A stretch of DNA of 64,000 bases from the human T2T-CHM13v2.0 reference genome, Homo sapiens. This document shows positions 1 to 14,951 of this stretch, one piece after another. How positions within the stretch are numbered: position 1 is the stretch's first letter; each line of letters opens with the position of its first letter. Under the pieces are notes generated by a model. It was not told the DNA's origin and did not search any database. It saw only the letters and a program-made list of their open reading frames with translations. Where the stretch lies: NCBI RefSeq assembly GCF_009914755.1, contig NC_060930.1; one strand, given 5' to 3'. The position numbers and the translations under genes were made by a program.

Positions 1-175
1 CCCGTCTCTACTAAAAATACAAAAATTAGCTGGGCGTGGTGGCAGGCGCCTGTAATCCTAGCTACTTGGGAGGCTGAGGCAGAGAATTGCTTGAACCTGG
101 GAGGCTGAGGTTGCAGTGAGCCGAGATCGCACCACTGCACTCCAGCCTGGGTGACAGAGCAAGATTCTGTCTCAA

Positions 176-214
<39 letters not shown>

Positions 215-217
215 ATA
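1..217 (+). mobile_element. Alu (AluS-type), 3' part cut by the window edge, with (TAAA)n tail
   Basis: Linker CTACTAAAAATACAAAAATTAGC, right arm to CTGTCTC, (TAAA)n at 174-217. Confidence 0.95.
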
Positions 218-639
218 GGATAATGGACAAGTGCTTGGATAAATGGAAAGTAAATAAAAGGCATTAGAAACACTGAGTGTAAATGGTGGTATTTGGAAGT
301 TGTATAATGATAGCAATGAGAATGAAAAGGGGTGGTAATTAATATGAAAAACAGAACATCTGGGCCAAAATATATTCTATTCCTGGGGTAACCCCCCATC
401 TATTTTGTCTGAATGTTTATATTGATTAATAAACCTGAATCACAAAATTATATTCTGCCAATATCTGTACATATCTAATAGTGAGAAGCCCTATATGATT
501 ATTTCTTAGCTTTGAGGCTTTTGATGATACTGAATTAATTTCTTGCTTCACAGAATATTTAAGTGAAAATTCTTGGTGTGGTTTATTCACACAGCATATG
601 ATGTTTAATATTAGTAGTTCTGGTGGATACTTTGTGTTA

Positions 640-1128
640 CTTCTTCAGATGTACTCTCAATCTATTTCCACCTGCCTCTCATCCCAAGGAGGTGGACCTG
701 TATGGATTTCAATGGAGTAATATTACCTTCTGATGACCATCTGAGTTCAGCCAATGAGCAACTCTAGCAAGAGATGAGTGGGAAGGAGCAGAATGAGTTT
801 GGGCTGTGTATGCCCCCAGCTTCATTCCTGTATCACGTCCCCTGCTAGGTTGGATTCCCATATGGAAGGTCGCGGGTCCTCTCCAGGCAGTCCTTTCTAC
901 ACAGCTGGCTCTCTCACTATAGGTTTTGGCAACTGCTGACTGCCTTCTCCCCTTAGGCACTGGGAATGATAAAAAGCTCCTCTACTGTTAGGCTCGGCAT
1001 TCCCCACTCTCCTTTATGGTTTCTCTACTCCTTGGCTATACAGTCCTAAATACTCCTTCATGAAACCATCCTCAAATTTTCCTAATTTGAGTGTGCCATC
1101 TGTTTCCTACTGGGAACCTGACTCAGGC
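640..1128 (+). mobile_element. Old ERVL LTR (LTR33-like)
   Basis: 3' end GAGTGTGCCATCTGTTTCCTACTGGGAACCTGACT resembles LTR33-family terminus; internal TTCAGCCAATG. Confidence 0.55.
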
Positions 1129-2489
1129 AAAATCAAAAAAATTATCAACAACCTTGTTATTAACCTGTGTAAAAATGTGTCTTTATGACCTTGCAATATT
1201 TTCTCATATACTACTTTTACCATGTATCACTATACTACATTTTAAAGATGCATTTCATTGGATTATTATTTTATAATTTTCATTCCCATTTTAAGTTCAT
1301 TTAGAGGAAGGCAAACTCCCAAATATAAATGTAGCTATGTCTCTTAATTCGTTTACACTAAGATCCTTGGTAGCACAATACTTTATTCCTTGGCTTGTGA
1401 GATACCTAGAGATTTCTAGAGAAATTCTTCACATATAGATATATGTGCCCATCTTTAAAAATATTTTAGACAATGATGTTGGTTGGCATGGCTATGTTGA
1501 ATTGCTAACAAGCCAGAAGGCTTTTGTCCTGGCAGGAATAAAGTGATATTTGATCACAGGATGCAGTTTTACTATGAAAAGAGAGAAATCACTTCTCAGA
1601 AGCTCTGAGTTAAATTAGAAAGCAGGTTGATTACTTTTAATACTGCAGATGATTGACTAGAAACAAAGACCATGTGTCAGAACAAAAGTGTTAATACCTG
1701 AAACAGCCTCTTTTTTTATTTTTATTTTTTTGCCAATGAACAAAAATGACTGCTTGGAAGATCATTAATAGGCATGAAAATAAGCCCTTTTAATGTAATA
1801 TCTTTATTCCAAGTTGAAATTCACTGACTGAAAAAAGTATTTAAATTCATAAGATATAATCATATAAGAATGGTATTTCTAATTTATTCCTAATTGGTTT
1901 TAATCAGTTAGCATGATCTATAGCCTAATTTTAATTTATAAAACAATGAGCAATATTTTTCTTCACTGTAAGAATAATATTAAACACTTAGATCTTTAAA
2001 ACCAGTACTGACTGTATAGTGGTGTTTTATGTGTGGAAGTCTAGTTTGCATACTTGCCGCATATTTATACTCTCCAGTACACTCTCTCCCCCACCCAAAT
2101 GTTCACTGGCATGCCCAAGGCAAGTTTTCCCTTCATAATCCCATGTCAAAAGCCAGAATGCATGTCAGTGAAACTACCAACCAAAGTTTGAATCAGATAT
2201 ATTCAGATTTGAGCTGGAAGTGTAATGTTTTCATCAGCTAATACTGGCCTTAGGGGAGGAAGGAGCAAAGCAGACCGGACAATAAGTGGTGAATGCCTAG
2301 GAGTCCTCGAGGTGGAGAGAAAAAGATCTTCCTCAAGAGGGTCATTGAGTACCATGGAGGGATCCCATGCTGACCGTTACCTCTGAGCAGCCCCCCGTTT
2401 ATGGTCTTGGATACTTGAAGAGTATCCAATAATTAAAGAAATTAAATTATAGTGAAGTATAATAAATAGTCTGGTATATATGGAAACAC

Positions 2490-3125
2490 ATATGGCTCTT
2501 TACTACAGATGGGATATGTCAGGAAAGTCTTTCAAGCAGAAGTGAACTATAAGCTGAGTTCTGAGAAAAGGGCTTGACTTAGCCAGAAAAGTGCTACAAG
2601 ACCAGCCCCCAAAACTGGAGCCTCATGTTCAGAGCCAGAGAGAAAGGGAAAACATGGCCAGGTCAGTGAGAAATAAGCAATGCAGTGCCTCTAAAGTATG
2701 AGGTATAGCAGTCAGTGCAGAAAGGGAAAACGAGAAGTATTTAAGAATGGATTTGGCCAGGTACGCAGGAACCAGGTCATAGCACACCTCATGTTTGCTA
2801 AGTTTATAGAAGGCCATCAGGGATTAAGGAAAGGAGTCATGATCAACCTTAGGATCCAGAATGAATTCCAGCAGTAGTGGAAGGCACACATTGTTTGGTT
2901 AGAAAAATAGAGTTTGATAGGAAGTGACAGAACTGTTATGTTGCTTCACTTCAAGCAGGAAATGATGAGAGCCTAAATTAGTTTAATGGTGGTATGGGAA
3001 GGCAGTAGAAGTGAATGAGACAAATCTCAGACATGTTCAGGAGACAAGTTACATTGAATATGGAGGTAAGAGAGGGAAGAAATCTAGACTGACTACCGTG
3101 TTTCTGAGGAGGATTGGTATTCACT
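2490..3125 (-). mobile_element. L2 LINE fragment
   Basis: Purine-rich antisense L2 motifs (TCAGGAAAGTCTTTC...AAGCTGAG, CAAGCAGGAAATGATGAGAGCCTAAATTAG); appears to resume at ~3740-3845 after the L1MC insertion. Confidence 0.6.
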
Positions 3126-3159
3126 CCAGTGATCAATGGATTCAGTAGGTAAATTGTTT

Positions 3160-3728
3160 AAAAAAATGTGGTATATCCAAACAATGAATATTATTCAGTG
3201 CTAAAAAGTGAGAAAGCCATGAAAAGATGTGGAAGAAATGTAAACGCATATCACTAAATGAAAGAAGCCAGTGGAAAAAGGCTACATGCTGTATAGATTC
3301 CAACTATGTGATATTCTGGAAAAGCAAAACTATGGAGGCTGTGAAAATATCCGTGGTTGCCAAAGGATGATGGAGAGAGGGATGAATAGACCTTGCACAG
3401 AGGATCTTTAAGGCAGGGAAACTACTCTATATGATACTACAACAGTAGATGCATGTCGTTCTACATTTATCCCAATCCATAGAATGTGTAACAGCAAGAG
3501 TAAGCACTAACATGGACTATGGACTTTGGGTGATGATGTGTAAATGCAGGTTCATTTATTGTAAAAAAAAAAAAAAAAAAAAAAAAAAGTATCACTGTAG
3601 TATGAGGTATTCTTAGTAGAGGAGCTTGTGCATATGGAGGAATAAGAAGTACATAGGAAGAACTCTTTATATTTTGCATTCAATTTTTCTGTAACCTAAA
3701 AGTGCAATTAAAAATAAGGTATTAAAAT
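3160..3728 (+). mobile_element. L1MC-type 3' end
   Basis: AAGCCATGAAAAGATGTGG...AAGAAGCCAG...GGCTACATGCTGTAT...CAAAACTATGGAG; internal A-run at 3563-3588. Confidence 0.85.
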
Positions 3729-6059
3729 ACATGGCTCAGATTCTGGGAAGTAAGTTCAAATTTGAGATGTCTTTGAGAGATTCAGGTGGAGATACCCACT
3801 AATGAATGGGATTTAGTTTCTGCATCACAGGGCAGAAAACTGGGTCTCTCTCTCCAGACCCTGTCCCCAGCTCCTGGGCATGGATGTTCTCGGCTTATCA
3901 GCCAGATGTGTCAGCCACAGACACATGAAGAAAAGTCAGGGACCACAGTCTCTTTATTCCACAAAATGTTTTTGACCCTGCCAATAATTAGCTAAGCCAA
4001 AATGAGTTTCTGGTATATATATAGTCAATTATTCTTAATTAACTGCCATCCTTTGGAGAACATAAAGGATATTTATGATGAAGATTTCTGTGTCATCTTT
4101 TTCTTTTGGAAGTCATTGGGGTATCCCCTTTTGAGCAGGTTAACTTCTGAAATGTATTTTGCTTGGGATACTGCAAGTTCTCATTATCTCATCTAACATC
4201 AAAAGCATGAAAACAGTTTTCAGAAGTGTGTTAGACTTAAGAATTTCAGGGGTTTCCAGCTGAGGGAAAGGAATTCCCAGGCATGTACAACAACTCATTA
4301 AGCTAAATGAATTGCTAATGCTGGGGTTTGCTATGGACGCAGCTTTGACTGCATCTGTCAGGCTGGTACATCTTTTCACTTCACTGAAGAGTGTTATAGG
4401 TCTAGAATTATGCCACAGCAAGCCAGAAAGTGGGTATTATGAGACAAATGACATTACTTTTTTTGTACTTTGTTCATGCTTCAGACTACCATATTGCTTC
4501 ACTTTTTGAGATTAAGAACTAGTTAAGTTTCACAAAGCCATGACTAGAAATATTTAACATGTTCTTTAGCCAGGTTAGAGAATGAAAGAGAAAACTCTTC
4601 CAAAAGGAAAATAGCTTCAATAATCTTTCTGTGTGACCACTGGTCCTGTTTTATGCACTATACTTCAATTTGCTATGAAGCAAGTGAGGCCCAGAGTGTG
4701 CTTGGAGGCAGGCACCCTAATCCTAACATGCTAACTTAGGACTCTGGGACCTTTGCTGGGAACTTCTCAAGTCACAGCACTTGTTTTCCACGTTCTCCTA
4801 CATGGTGTGCTACCCCGTCAGCTCTGAAGCATGAAAGTGAACACTTGTTTCTGCTGCTTACTGAAACTCCATCCTTTCTCCAACCCCATGTTATCATCCT
4901 GGGTCCTCACACTACAGCCAGGGAGGGCTGGGAAGAAGTGACAACTTCAGTTGCCTAACTTCTATTAGGCTGTGAAACACATATGGTCCCATGATGTGAG
5001 TAGGTCGCGCAGAACAAGAGGGGCTAGCTGGCCACGTGTTGGGGATGGATGGAAAAAATGCTCTTTTTTTCCAAATTTTCTATGATACTGTGAACAAGAC
5101 AGTTTCTCAATAAGGGGTCCTTCTGTGCACATGTTTGTGTATCTCTAGCTAGCAAGCTAACTATCTCACTCAGAGAAAGGTTTGCTTTTCTTTTTCTTTT
5201 GGTGGCTGGATATATCAGTTTTATATAATTTTACCTGATAAACTACTTATTGTTATTCTATGAACACAAAAGGATGATAAATTTGAGGGATGAAAATTTG
5301 ACAGCTTCTATTGAATAAGAAGCATGATTATTTTACAGAATGTTGTTACCTTTAGACTAATATAGTTCCTTGCCTTTTAATTTTCTTTTTACCATATTTC
5401 TCTATGCTTTTGTTTTAGGATTATACATTAAGCAGCTGTATCATCAGTCTTAAACATACATGATGTAACTGCAAACTGACAAACATTCACTAATTAGAAG
5501 AAAGACTAATCTGAAATGCACACAAAATGCATGGAAAGAAATGACTTTTTTAAAATGCAAGCAACACTTTAATTGGACAACTATAGCATTACTAAGCAGT
5601 GGATCTACAATGACACTTAGAAATAAAAGTGTGATTACCATGTTCATTATATGTAAAATGTTTGAAAAGACTGCCACTTTATTTTATTACTCTCTTAAAA
5701 TCCTTTATTTGTCAAATTCTTTCTTTAGTTTCACACCCATATATGAAAAATCACAAGTGCCAAATGAATAAAGCTTTACTTATCCTCTTGTTGCATTTCC
5801 AATTCACTCTCTAGAATAAGTACATGCTTAAAATTTAAAACCTTATCTTTTTTTCTTTACTCTTGTAAGAAAGTTCTACATGCATTTTTAAATTAAGATT
5901 TTAATAATTGAGCGAAAAAATAAAAGGTTTACTGTATGACTTCAGACTACATTTTCCACACGGAATGCAAAATAGTACCATAGGAAGATCTGCTCCTCTT
6001 TATTCCTCTTTCTCTTCCAGTCTTGCTGTCATCCAATAATGACTTATTAATAGCCATGA

Positions 6060-6640
6060 CTCAAGGTGAATTTATCATAAAGCTCATGTAGCTTAAGCTT
6101 CAGGGCTCCTAATTTACACTGAGCCCTTCCAAGGTCCTCAGAAGAGCCCTACCAATGTGTTCACATGACCTTATGTTTTTGTCAAGTCTTCTAAAGTAAG
6201 ATAGTGTAACTCTAACTTAAAATATACCATTTTTTTTTCATGACAAAGTCTTCTGTCACAGTTTTCCTCGTGTTGTATAATCTTGAAGTGGCCACAATTG
6301 TGGGGACCTACTTAAGGGCAGTTCAGCTGGAAATACATTTTAGTTTGGATTCATGGGTTATATTTATGAGATTCACAGTCACTTGTGAATATAATTAGCT
6401 ATTTCTAGCTATCCTCATATAGGAATGAATTTCAGGAATATTACCATCCATTGTACTCACTCACCTGGTATTATGATGAGGAATTACAAATAGAAAAGTC
6501 ATGTCAAAACATGAATGTGTCACCAGAAGTGTGTGGGTTTATTTAAGATTAATCACTGCACAAGAACACGTTAGCCTTGAAATTTTACTATAACATATTT
6601 AAAAGAAATATTAGAGGCTTTCCAAAATTTGTTACAATCT
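6060..6640 (+). mobile_element. hAT-Tip100 DNA transposon (Zaphod/MER115-like)
   Basis: AAGCTCATGTAGCTTAAGCTTCAGGGCTCC...CCCTTCCAAGGTCC...CAATGTGTTCACATG matches the recalled terminus. Confidence 0.6.
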
Positions 6641-6641
6641 A

Positions 6642-7085
6642 AGTTTGGCTTGTCCCAAAGCAGAACCTGAGGCAAGAACTTGAGTATAGTTTATATGGAA
6701 TGTGATTCACAGACACAGGACTGAAGCAGCAGGGGAAAAGGGAAGAAGGAAAAGCACATATGGGTATGCCATTGAGGATTCTTCTATGGGGAATGCAGGC
6801 TTGGGTCCACCAGTACTTTGAAAAGTGTAGGACATGCTTCTCAAAATCAGTCTAAATAATAGAAGGCTGGGACATTTACTGATTATTTCTGTCCCCAGGA
6901 GCTGTTAATTTCCCTCCACTCCAGCTAAGCTCCACTGAGTTGAACAGCACCATGGGAGATGGCCCTAAAGGAGAAAAGTAGAGAAACATCTTTGAGGTGG
7001 GACACTGGAAGCTGACTCAGTTGTTTATCAAAGTTAGGACTGAAATTAGAAGTGAGCCTAAGAGATGCAACATGGAAAATTTAAA
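6642..7085 (-). mobile_element. ERVL LTR (LTR16-like)
   Basis: AAAGCAGAACCTGAGGCAAGAACTTGAGTATAGTTTATATGG antisense terminus motif. Confidence 0.5.
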
Positions 7086-7099
7086 GCATCTAATGGGTA

Positions 7100-7256
7100 A
7101 ATATTTTTATTTCCATTTTTCTGATGAAAAATTCGAAGTTCAGTGAGGCTAGGTCAGTTGCCTGAGATTGCATGGAACATAGGTAGTAGAGATAAGGTCT
7201 GAATGTGCATTTGTCTGATGCCAAAGATCATTCACTTTCCACCACATCACATGCTT
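7100..7256 (-). mobile_element. MIR
   Basis: CCATTTTTCTGATGAAAAA...TCAGTGAGG...TTGCCTGAGATT...GTCTGATGCCAAAG. Confidence 0.7.
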
Positions 7257-7829
7257 CCTTAGGGAGATCTTCTAAGTCAATGAGTCATCTACACTTGACC
7301 CTGTTCAGTAAGATGAAATTGCTGACTTGGGCTGATGGGAGCAGATGAAGCTAACAGGATGGTCAAGTACTTTGCTATTCTTTTTTTTAGTATCTGCCGT
7401 TGGGAGATCAATTGTTCCTGGCACTTAGAAAAGGAGATGGTAGAAAAGGAGATTGAGCTTTGTGAACAAATCACTAATTCACATGGACCTATTGAACACC
7501 CTGTTTTAGAAGGTGTAATACAACAAGAAAAATAATTGTGTTGTAAACCCAAATAAAATGTAGTTACCAATATCATGTCAGATAACTTAAAGGTAGGAGG
7601 AATGGTAATGCTGAATAATAGATGACTTAGAACAGTTTATATATTTGGCTTCAGCTGTAGGCAAAGGGAGAATACAATAAATATTTACTAATTCCTTACT
7701 CCATGCCAGGCACTGTGGCACTGACCATGAAATGAGGCTATTACATAGATGAGGGAAGTCCATTGCCTAATGACCTGCCAGGAGGCTAATGGCTATGTTA
7801 GATAATTCTAAAGTTTACCAACACTTCAT

Positions 7830-8185
7830 CTGTCTCTCCTGTGATTTCAGAACAAGGAGGACTCCACTTTACCAGTCATGTGACTGATCTTGGCAATAAA
7901 ATGTGGGCTGCAATGATGAATGCCACTTCTGAACTGAAGTGCTTAATTGCTGATGCTCACTTTTCCAGCCTTCTTTGCCCGTGCTATGTAGATTGTAGAA
8001 GCATGTGTTTCTGCGGAGGAGCCATAAGAGCACATTAGTCTGGAATGTTTAGTTACCAGATGGAGTGCAGCTTCCCTGCAGCCACGGTGGACTTTGCATG
8101 TATGAAAAATAAACTTTTGTTTTGTCAAGCCAGTGAGACTTTGGGGTTGCCTGATACCATAGCATATTATAGACTAAACTGACCG
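7830..8185 (+). mobile_element. MLT1 (I/J/K-like) MaLR LTR
   Basis: CATGTGACT...GCCACTTCTG...AATAAACTTTTGTTTTGTCAAGCCAGTGAGACTTTGGGGTTG. Confidence 0.7.
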
Positions 8186-9764
8186 AGTGGCAGAATGCAA
8201 AAAACCCTAGGCCAAAGTGACTTCAAAGATCATCTGTTCTCCTTTTAGGTTTAAAATGTTGTTTCTTGCTTATGAATTTTTTTGTTTATCATATTTTTGG
8301 TATAAAAGTAATTTGTGAACTGTTTGAACACTGAAAAATATAGAATATACTCAAATGAAAATCATCTTATAGTCTAAACACAGTTAAAATTTTGTTGTAT
8401 TTCATCTCATTTTCTATATATGTATATGTGTATGTTTTGAAATTATAGATATGTTACAGCAACTAAAATTTTGTATCCTACTTTGTATATGAAATATCAT
8501 TGCTAAGTTTTGTTATATTAGACATTCTTGTTGACCTATTTTTTAAGCAACTTGGTGAAAGTGTGCAAATAATTTTTTGCCTTTATCTCATCTGCTAGCT
8601 CTTTTTCTTATGTAGTACACAGTCCTTATTACTTCTTTTCATACAGAGAGAATAGGCATTTTATCTGTTCCCTGATCCAGCAGCCCAGTCCCCTATGATG
8701 GCAAATGTTGCCTAAATTCTATCTCACACATCAATAGTTAAGTTGCTTACAGTGAATCAATCAAATATTCCATCAAAATAACAGTTGAGTGTTTGAGCTG
8801 ACCAACTGTTTGCCTCACTGACAGTCCTATAAAATCAGAATCTTGTATTTTTTTACCCTAAAATTGATCTTACATCTTACATCTTTATCTTTGTCCTATA
8901 CTTTCTTTGTTTCTATTTTTCTTGCATACCAGGGATCTCTGAAAAAATTATAGCAGTAAAACTCATGTTAATAGTGATCCAGTTGGATGAGAAATGATTG
9001 GAAGTCAAAACACCTAGAACTATGAACTTCCCAACCATAGAACTGAGAAATGTTACAGAAAAATGTTATAAATTTCAAATAGAAAAAATATTGCAACTTT
9101 ATTTCATTTGATGAAAAAACCCAGGAGAAAATGAAAATTTTTAAGACATTTAAAAAGTGTATTGTCATAGCCTCGATATTAGAATTCATAAATGACAACT
9201 CTAATTATTGAGACACTTTCATAAGTCATACCCCACACACTATCAATATGGTACAGCATTTTCCTTTGTTTTGCTTTTCTCATTATCTGTCCCTGACATA
9301 GATATCATTTTTCAGCTTTTTCTAGTGACGCTGCTTAGTTACTTTTTGCAGAAATCATAACTGGTGAAATCATCTGAAGCTTAGCTAAGTATAATAGTCC
9401 ACTAGTATCCCACTATCAAAAAATAACTCCTATTCTACACTTGGAGAAAACGTGCATGCATTTGTGGGCTTCTGAAAGCTATAGCAGAAACTCTGCAGGC
9501 AGAAATTCTTTGTATACGTAACGACACATCAATAGGCAGCTACACTGCAAGTCCTCCCACATATCCAGCTTAATAGAGACGCGATGAAGAGGCTCACTCC
9601 AAGTGTCTAATCCTGTCATGTATTTTATATAGAGCCCATGGTGGTCAAGTGCTGCAGGAAAGTTAAATATTCTCTTAGATGGGCACGAAGATTTTGCGAG
9701 GATAGGAAGTATCTACAACAATTCAGCAGAATTTTCTGGGATAATAAAGATGCCAAATAGCAGC

Positions 9765-9995
9765 AGCAGCTACCATTTATTTAGGGACTAACACGTGATA
9801 GACACTTGTACCAGGCATTTTAGAGGTTGTTAAATCTAACAAGTATATGAAATAGGCATGTCCAGTTTATAAATGAGGAACTAAAATAGAGAGGTTAAGT
9901 AACTCGTACAATGCACACAATTAAAATGTGAAGGAGACAATATTCAGATCTTTCTGACTTTAAAGCCTGTTCTCTTAGCCATTGTGTTATATTGT
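9765..9995 (-). mobile_element. MIR
   Basis: GCTACCATTTATT...AAATGAGGAACT...AGAGGTTAAGTAACT...TCTGACTTTAAAGCCTG. Confidence 0.75.
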
Positions 9996-10024
9996 CTCTA
10001 TGTCTGAGTTAACCTCACAGATCA

Positions 10025-10205
10025 CCTTGTCTCTTACTAGCTGTGTGACACTGAGCATGGATGTTAACACGCCTTCATTTTCTCCTCTGAATAATTAATG
10101 CCCTGCCTTCATGGGGGTGGAGGGTTATTGTGAATATCAGAAGGAGTTAACAAATGTCAAAGTGCTCTGTCAACTGAAATGCCATATGAATGGGAACTAT
10201 GTTAT
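10025..10205 (+). mobile_element. MIR/MIR3 fragment
   Basis: CTTACTAGCTGTGTGAC...GTTATTGTGAATATCA...AAAGTGCTCTGT. Confidence 0.65.
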
Positions 10206-10289
10206 AGTCACCATTACTGGTAATACCAATTGTTTTCATAATTGGAACTATCCTGCAGTTCCTTTCATGTAAAGAATGATTCTAGGGCC

Positions 10290-10450
10290 TGGGATTCAAA
10301 GTGTGGTCCACAGAGCTGCAGTTTTAGCATCTCCTGGGAATTTGTCAGAAATGTGGAATCTCAGGCCCTACCCTACACCTAGTGAGTTAGAACCTGCAGT
10401 TTTACAACATCTCCAGATGATTCTTAAGCACATTATGTTTGAGAAGTCCT
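10290..10450. mobile_element. MER5A hAT-Charlie MITE
   Basis: TCAAAGTGTGGTCC...AGCATCTCCTGGGAATTTGTCAGAAATG...TCTCAGGCCC...GTTTGAGAAG. Confidence 0.8.
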
Positions 10451-10919
10451 TGTAAAGGGCTGAAAAGAAATCTAGATTAAGGATAATGATCTGTTTAGAA
10501 GTTTTAGAGATTTTAGGCCTTAATGCAGGTAGCAGATGGGGATCCTTATGAATTGTTCCTTCAAGAATCTCAAGATTGCTGGGATGTCTCTAGATGTGGT
10601 TAACAGATCTTATGAAATCACACAACAAATATAAGAAACAATTGGACTAGAACTTGAGTTTCTAACATATTCAAGTTTTTTTTCCAATGATGTAGTAAAA
10701 TGTACTACGAAATATTTTTAGGAGATGATATTTTAGAGAATAAAATGTCTAAAGGTATTACTAAATTTCCTTTTTCAGATTTGATTACTTAAAAAGTGAA
10801 AATTTTTATATCATAAATTACCTCATAAACAAGAGCCACAGACACACAACATATATGTACCAAAATATATAGCAAGGTATATGTGTAAGCGTTAAACATA
10901 TAAAAAAATCCTTAACCTT

Positions 10920-11006
10920 GGCTGGGCCCAGTAGCTCATGCCTATAACATCAGCACTTTGGGAGGCCAAGGAAGGAGAATTGCTTGAAGCCAGGAGTTTG
11001 AGACCC
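10920..11006 (+). mobile_element. FLAM/Alu left-monomer fragment
   Basis: GGCTGGGCCCAGTAGCTCATGCCTATAA...CAGCACTTTGGGAGGCC...AGGAGTTTGAGACC. Confidence 0.85.
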
Positions 11007-11014
11007 TCTCGATG

Positions 11015-11495
11015 TCAAGAAAATGGAAGTTGAAAGCTAAAAGAATACCATTTTTAAATCTATCAGATTGGCACAGCTTAGAAAGGCTTGATTACTTCAA
11101 ATATTAACAATTTTATGAGGAACTTGTCATCTTCATACTTTTTATAGGAATACCAATTGGCGCAATATATCTGGAAGTTTCTTTGGATCTATGCACACTT
11201 AAAATGATTATATCTCATAACTAAGTAATTACATTTTAGGCAAATGTTCTTATATGACATATGTATATTTTTGTTTAAGTATACAAATATTTTTGTGTAA
11301 TCATATTCAAACTTTTCAATAAGAAATAGACAATACAAAGGTCTATAAGTAGGAGGATGGATACATACATTATGGTGTAATGATATATTAAAATACTCTG
11401 CTGCATTTAAAAATAATGAGATAGTTTAAAGAATGTTTGTTAAAGTTATCCATGATATATACTTCAGTGAAAATAAATTACAGTGGAAATATATA
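11015..11495 (+). mobile_element. Old L1M (L1ME-like) fragment
   Basis: ATACCATTTTT...TATCAGATTGGCA...ATTATGGTGT...AATACTCTGCTGCATTTAAAAATAATGAG. Confidence 0.6.
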
Positions 11496-11504
11496 TGTTT
11501 TCAC

Positions 11505-11519
11505 ACGTGTGTGTGTGTA

Positions 11520-11577
<58 letters not shown>
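11505..11577. repeat. (TG)n/(TA)n microsatellite abutting the Alu tail
   Basis: Seen directly. Confidence 0.95.
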
Positions 11578-11873
<296 letters not shown>

Positions 11874-13271
11874 AACACATGTATATTTAAATAAGTATAT
11901 ATATCATCACTTTAAAATATTGATATGACTATATACTTGTATTTCAAACAATCTTGAAAATACAAAAGCAAAACTGTAGAAGCAGTAATATTTGGAGGTG
12001 ACTCTGGAGAAGAATGAGGACTCAGTTTTACCATCATATATATTGTCTTATTTGAATTTATTATAGCAAGCAAATAGAAGATTTGTAATTTAAAATATAG
12101 ATTAAAATGGCACTTTTTCCTAGATTTTCATTATTTTTCTTAAGAAGAGCATCATTTTCTGATGTTTTTGAGCCTCTGCTTTTTTCTTTGAGCACTGCCT
12201 TTCCTAGAGCTGAATGATTAACTCTCCTCCTTAGGGATATTTGTTGTGCAGTTCACAAGTTCAATGCATTCAGGTTTTTAAACATGTGCTTTATTTCAAT
12301 TTTAAAATTATTTTTATCTTGTTTACTCGAAATCCAAGAAAACTTTTTGAATAAAAAAATAAAAAGTCTGCTCATTAAAATACATATGCAACTTTAGAGC
12401 ATGGGAAATAAAAGGACTGGAAAGAAGACAGGAATTAGTGCTGGACAAGTTGTAAAAATAATGGTTTCCAAATATAATGTTTAGATTATGAGGAAGAAAA
12501 AAAGTGATAACAAATTTGAAAGTTCATTGTCTTTATCACTCTGGGTATTTTCTCTTGATGAATAGCAAAGAGAGACTCAAGCTATGAATAGGTCACATAG
12601 AAGAAATATTAGAGATTATTTTAAAATGTGGTTGCATCTGTCTTGTGTTCAGTTTTGTGATTAGATTTTAGTGCTCTCAGGCATCAACTATACCTTGCTG
12701 CTTCTATAATTTTCTATCCTGATCCCTCAATTTTTAGTAGTTTAGGGGCTTCACAGTCAATTACAAGGGATGTCTCTGGATTTGAAGCTTTTAACCTAGC
12801 TTTTAGAAGCAGGGTCAGGGATATTATTTTGTTCCATTGCAATCAAATGACATTTTCAGTTATAGCCATATTCTAAGATTGTCATTTCTTGCTAAGACTT
12901 TGGAAAAGGCTATGATTTTGCATCTAGAGAGTCACCTTTCTGAGTTATCTGAAAAGGAAAACCAATGAGATTTTCACAATATCTTTGACTAAAAAGTTTC
13001 AAATCATTTTTACAGCATTCATTAAGGTTTACAAGGCTATATATGTAAGTAGAGAGAAAATTTATCTAAAATAGAGAATAAAAGTAGCTTAGCAGGACAA
13101 AGGTAACAATAAAACCCTATGGAGATGAGGCAAAAACAGTGGTTTAAAAATTGTATGCTGTGTAGGAAGAAACACATTACGTAAACTAAAATGTGGTTGC
13201 AAAGCCTTATCTCACATCTCAGTGTGCTTAAGATGTCATGTGATTTATAATATACTCTAAGTGTATAACGC

Positions 13272-13490
13272 CTAATAATAACTGTGCTATGCCAGGTACC
13301 AATCTAACAACTTTACATCCATTAACAGTTATCATTATATACTCCCAACCATCCTATTTGGGATTTGGGGGTTGGAGTTATTATCTCATTTTAAGATAAG
13401 GATACCTAGCCACTGAGATGTTAAATTTTTTGTGCATAGTCGCACATAAACAGGAAAAAAATGAGGATTTGAACCTAGAGATGTTGACAC
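13272..13490 (-). mobile_element. MIR
   Basis: TATGCCAGGTAC...ATCTCATTTTAAGATAAGG...GGATTTGAACCTAG. Confidence 0.65.
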
Positions 13491-13714
13491 TTGTGTTTAT
13501 AAATGTAATCATATTTTGTAGATCACAATGAACAATGACTGAGGCAATTAGAATTAGTCTTTGAAACACAAAGAAAGCAGAACTATATGTATTTAAGGAA
13601 TATGGAAGGCCCCTAGCCCAATTAACATCTCACCACTGGTTTTCTTATTAACTAAAGAGTCACTCTGTTTTCATTGGAATACACTATTTTTATAACTATA
13701 AAATGTAGAATTTA

Positions 13715-14840
<1,126 letters not shown>

Positions 14841-14900
14841 ATAATATGTGCTCTTTATCAGAAAATAGAAAATGCAAAAAAGAATACCTCATTTACTCCA

Positions 14901-14951
14901 TTACTTAAAGACAACAATTTTAAAATTTTAAAAATTGTTGTCTTTAAGTAA
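14901..14951. repeat. Near-perfect 51-bp palindrome
   Basis: TTACTTAAAGACAACAATTTT (14901-14921) is the exact reverse complement of 14931-14951. Confidence 0.95.

Noticed and set aside
4248-4279. Two NF-kB-like sites (GGGGTTTCC, GGAATTCCC)
   Set aside because: Each is only a 9/10 match to GGGRNNYYCC, which is expected by chance in 64 kb.
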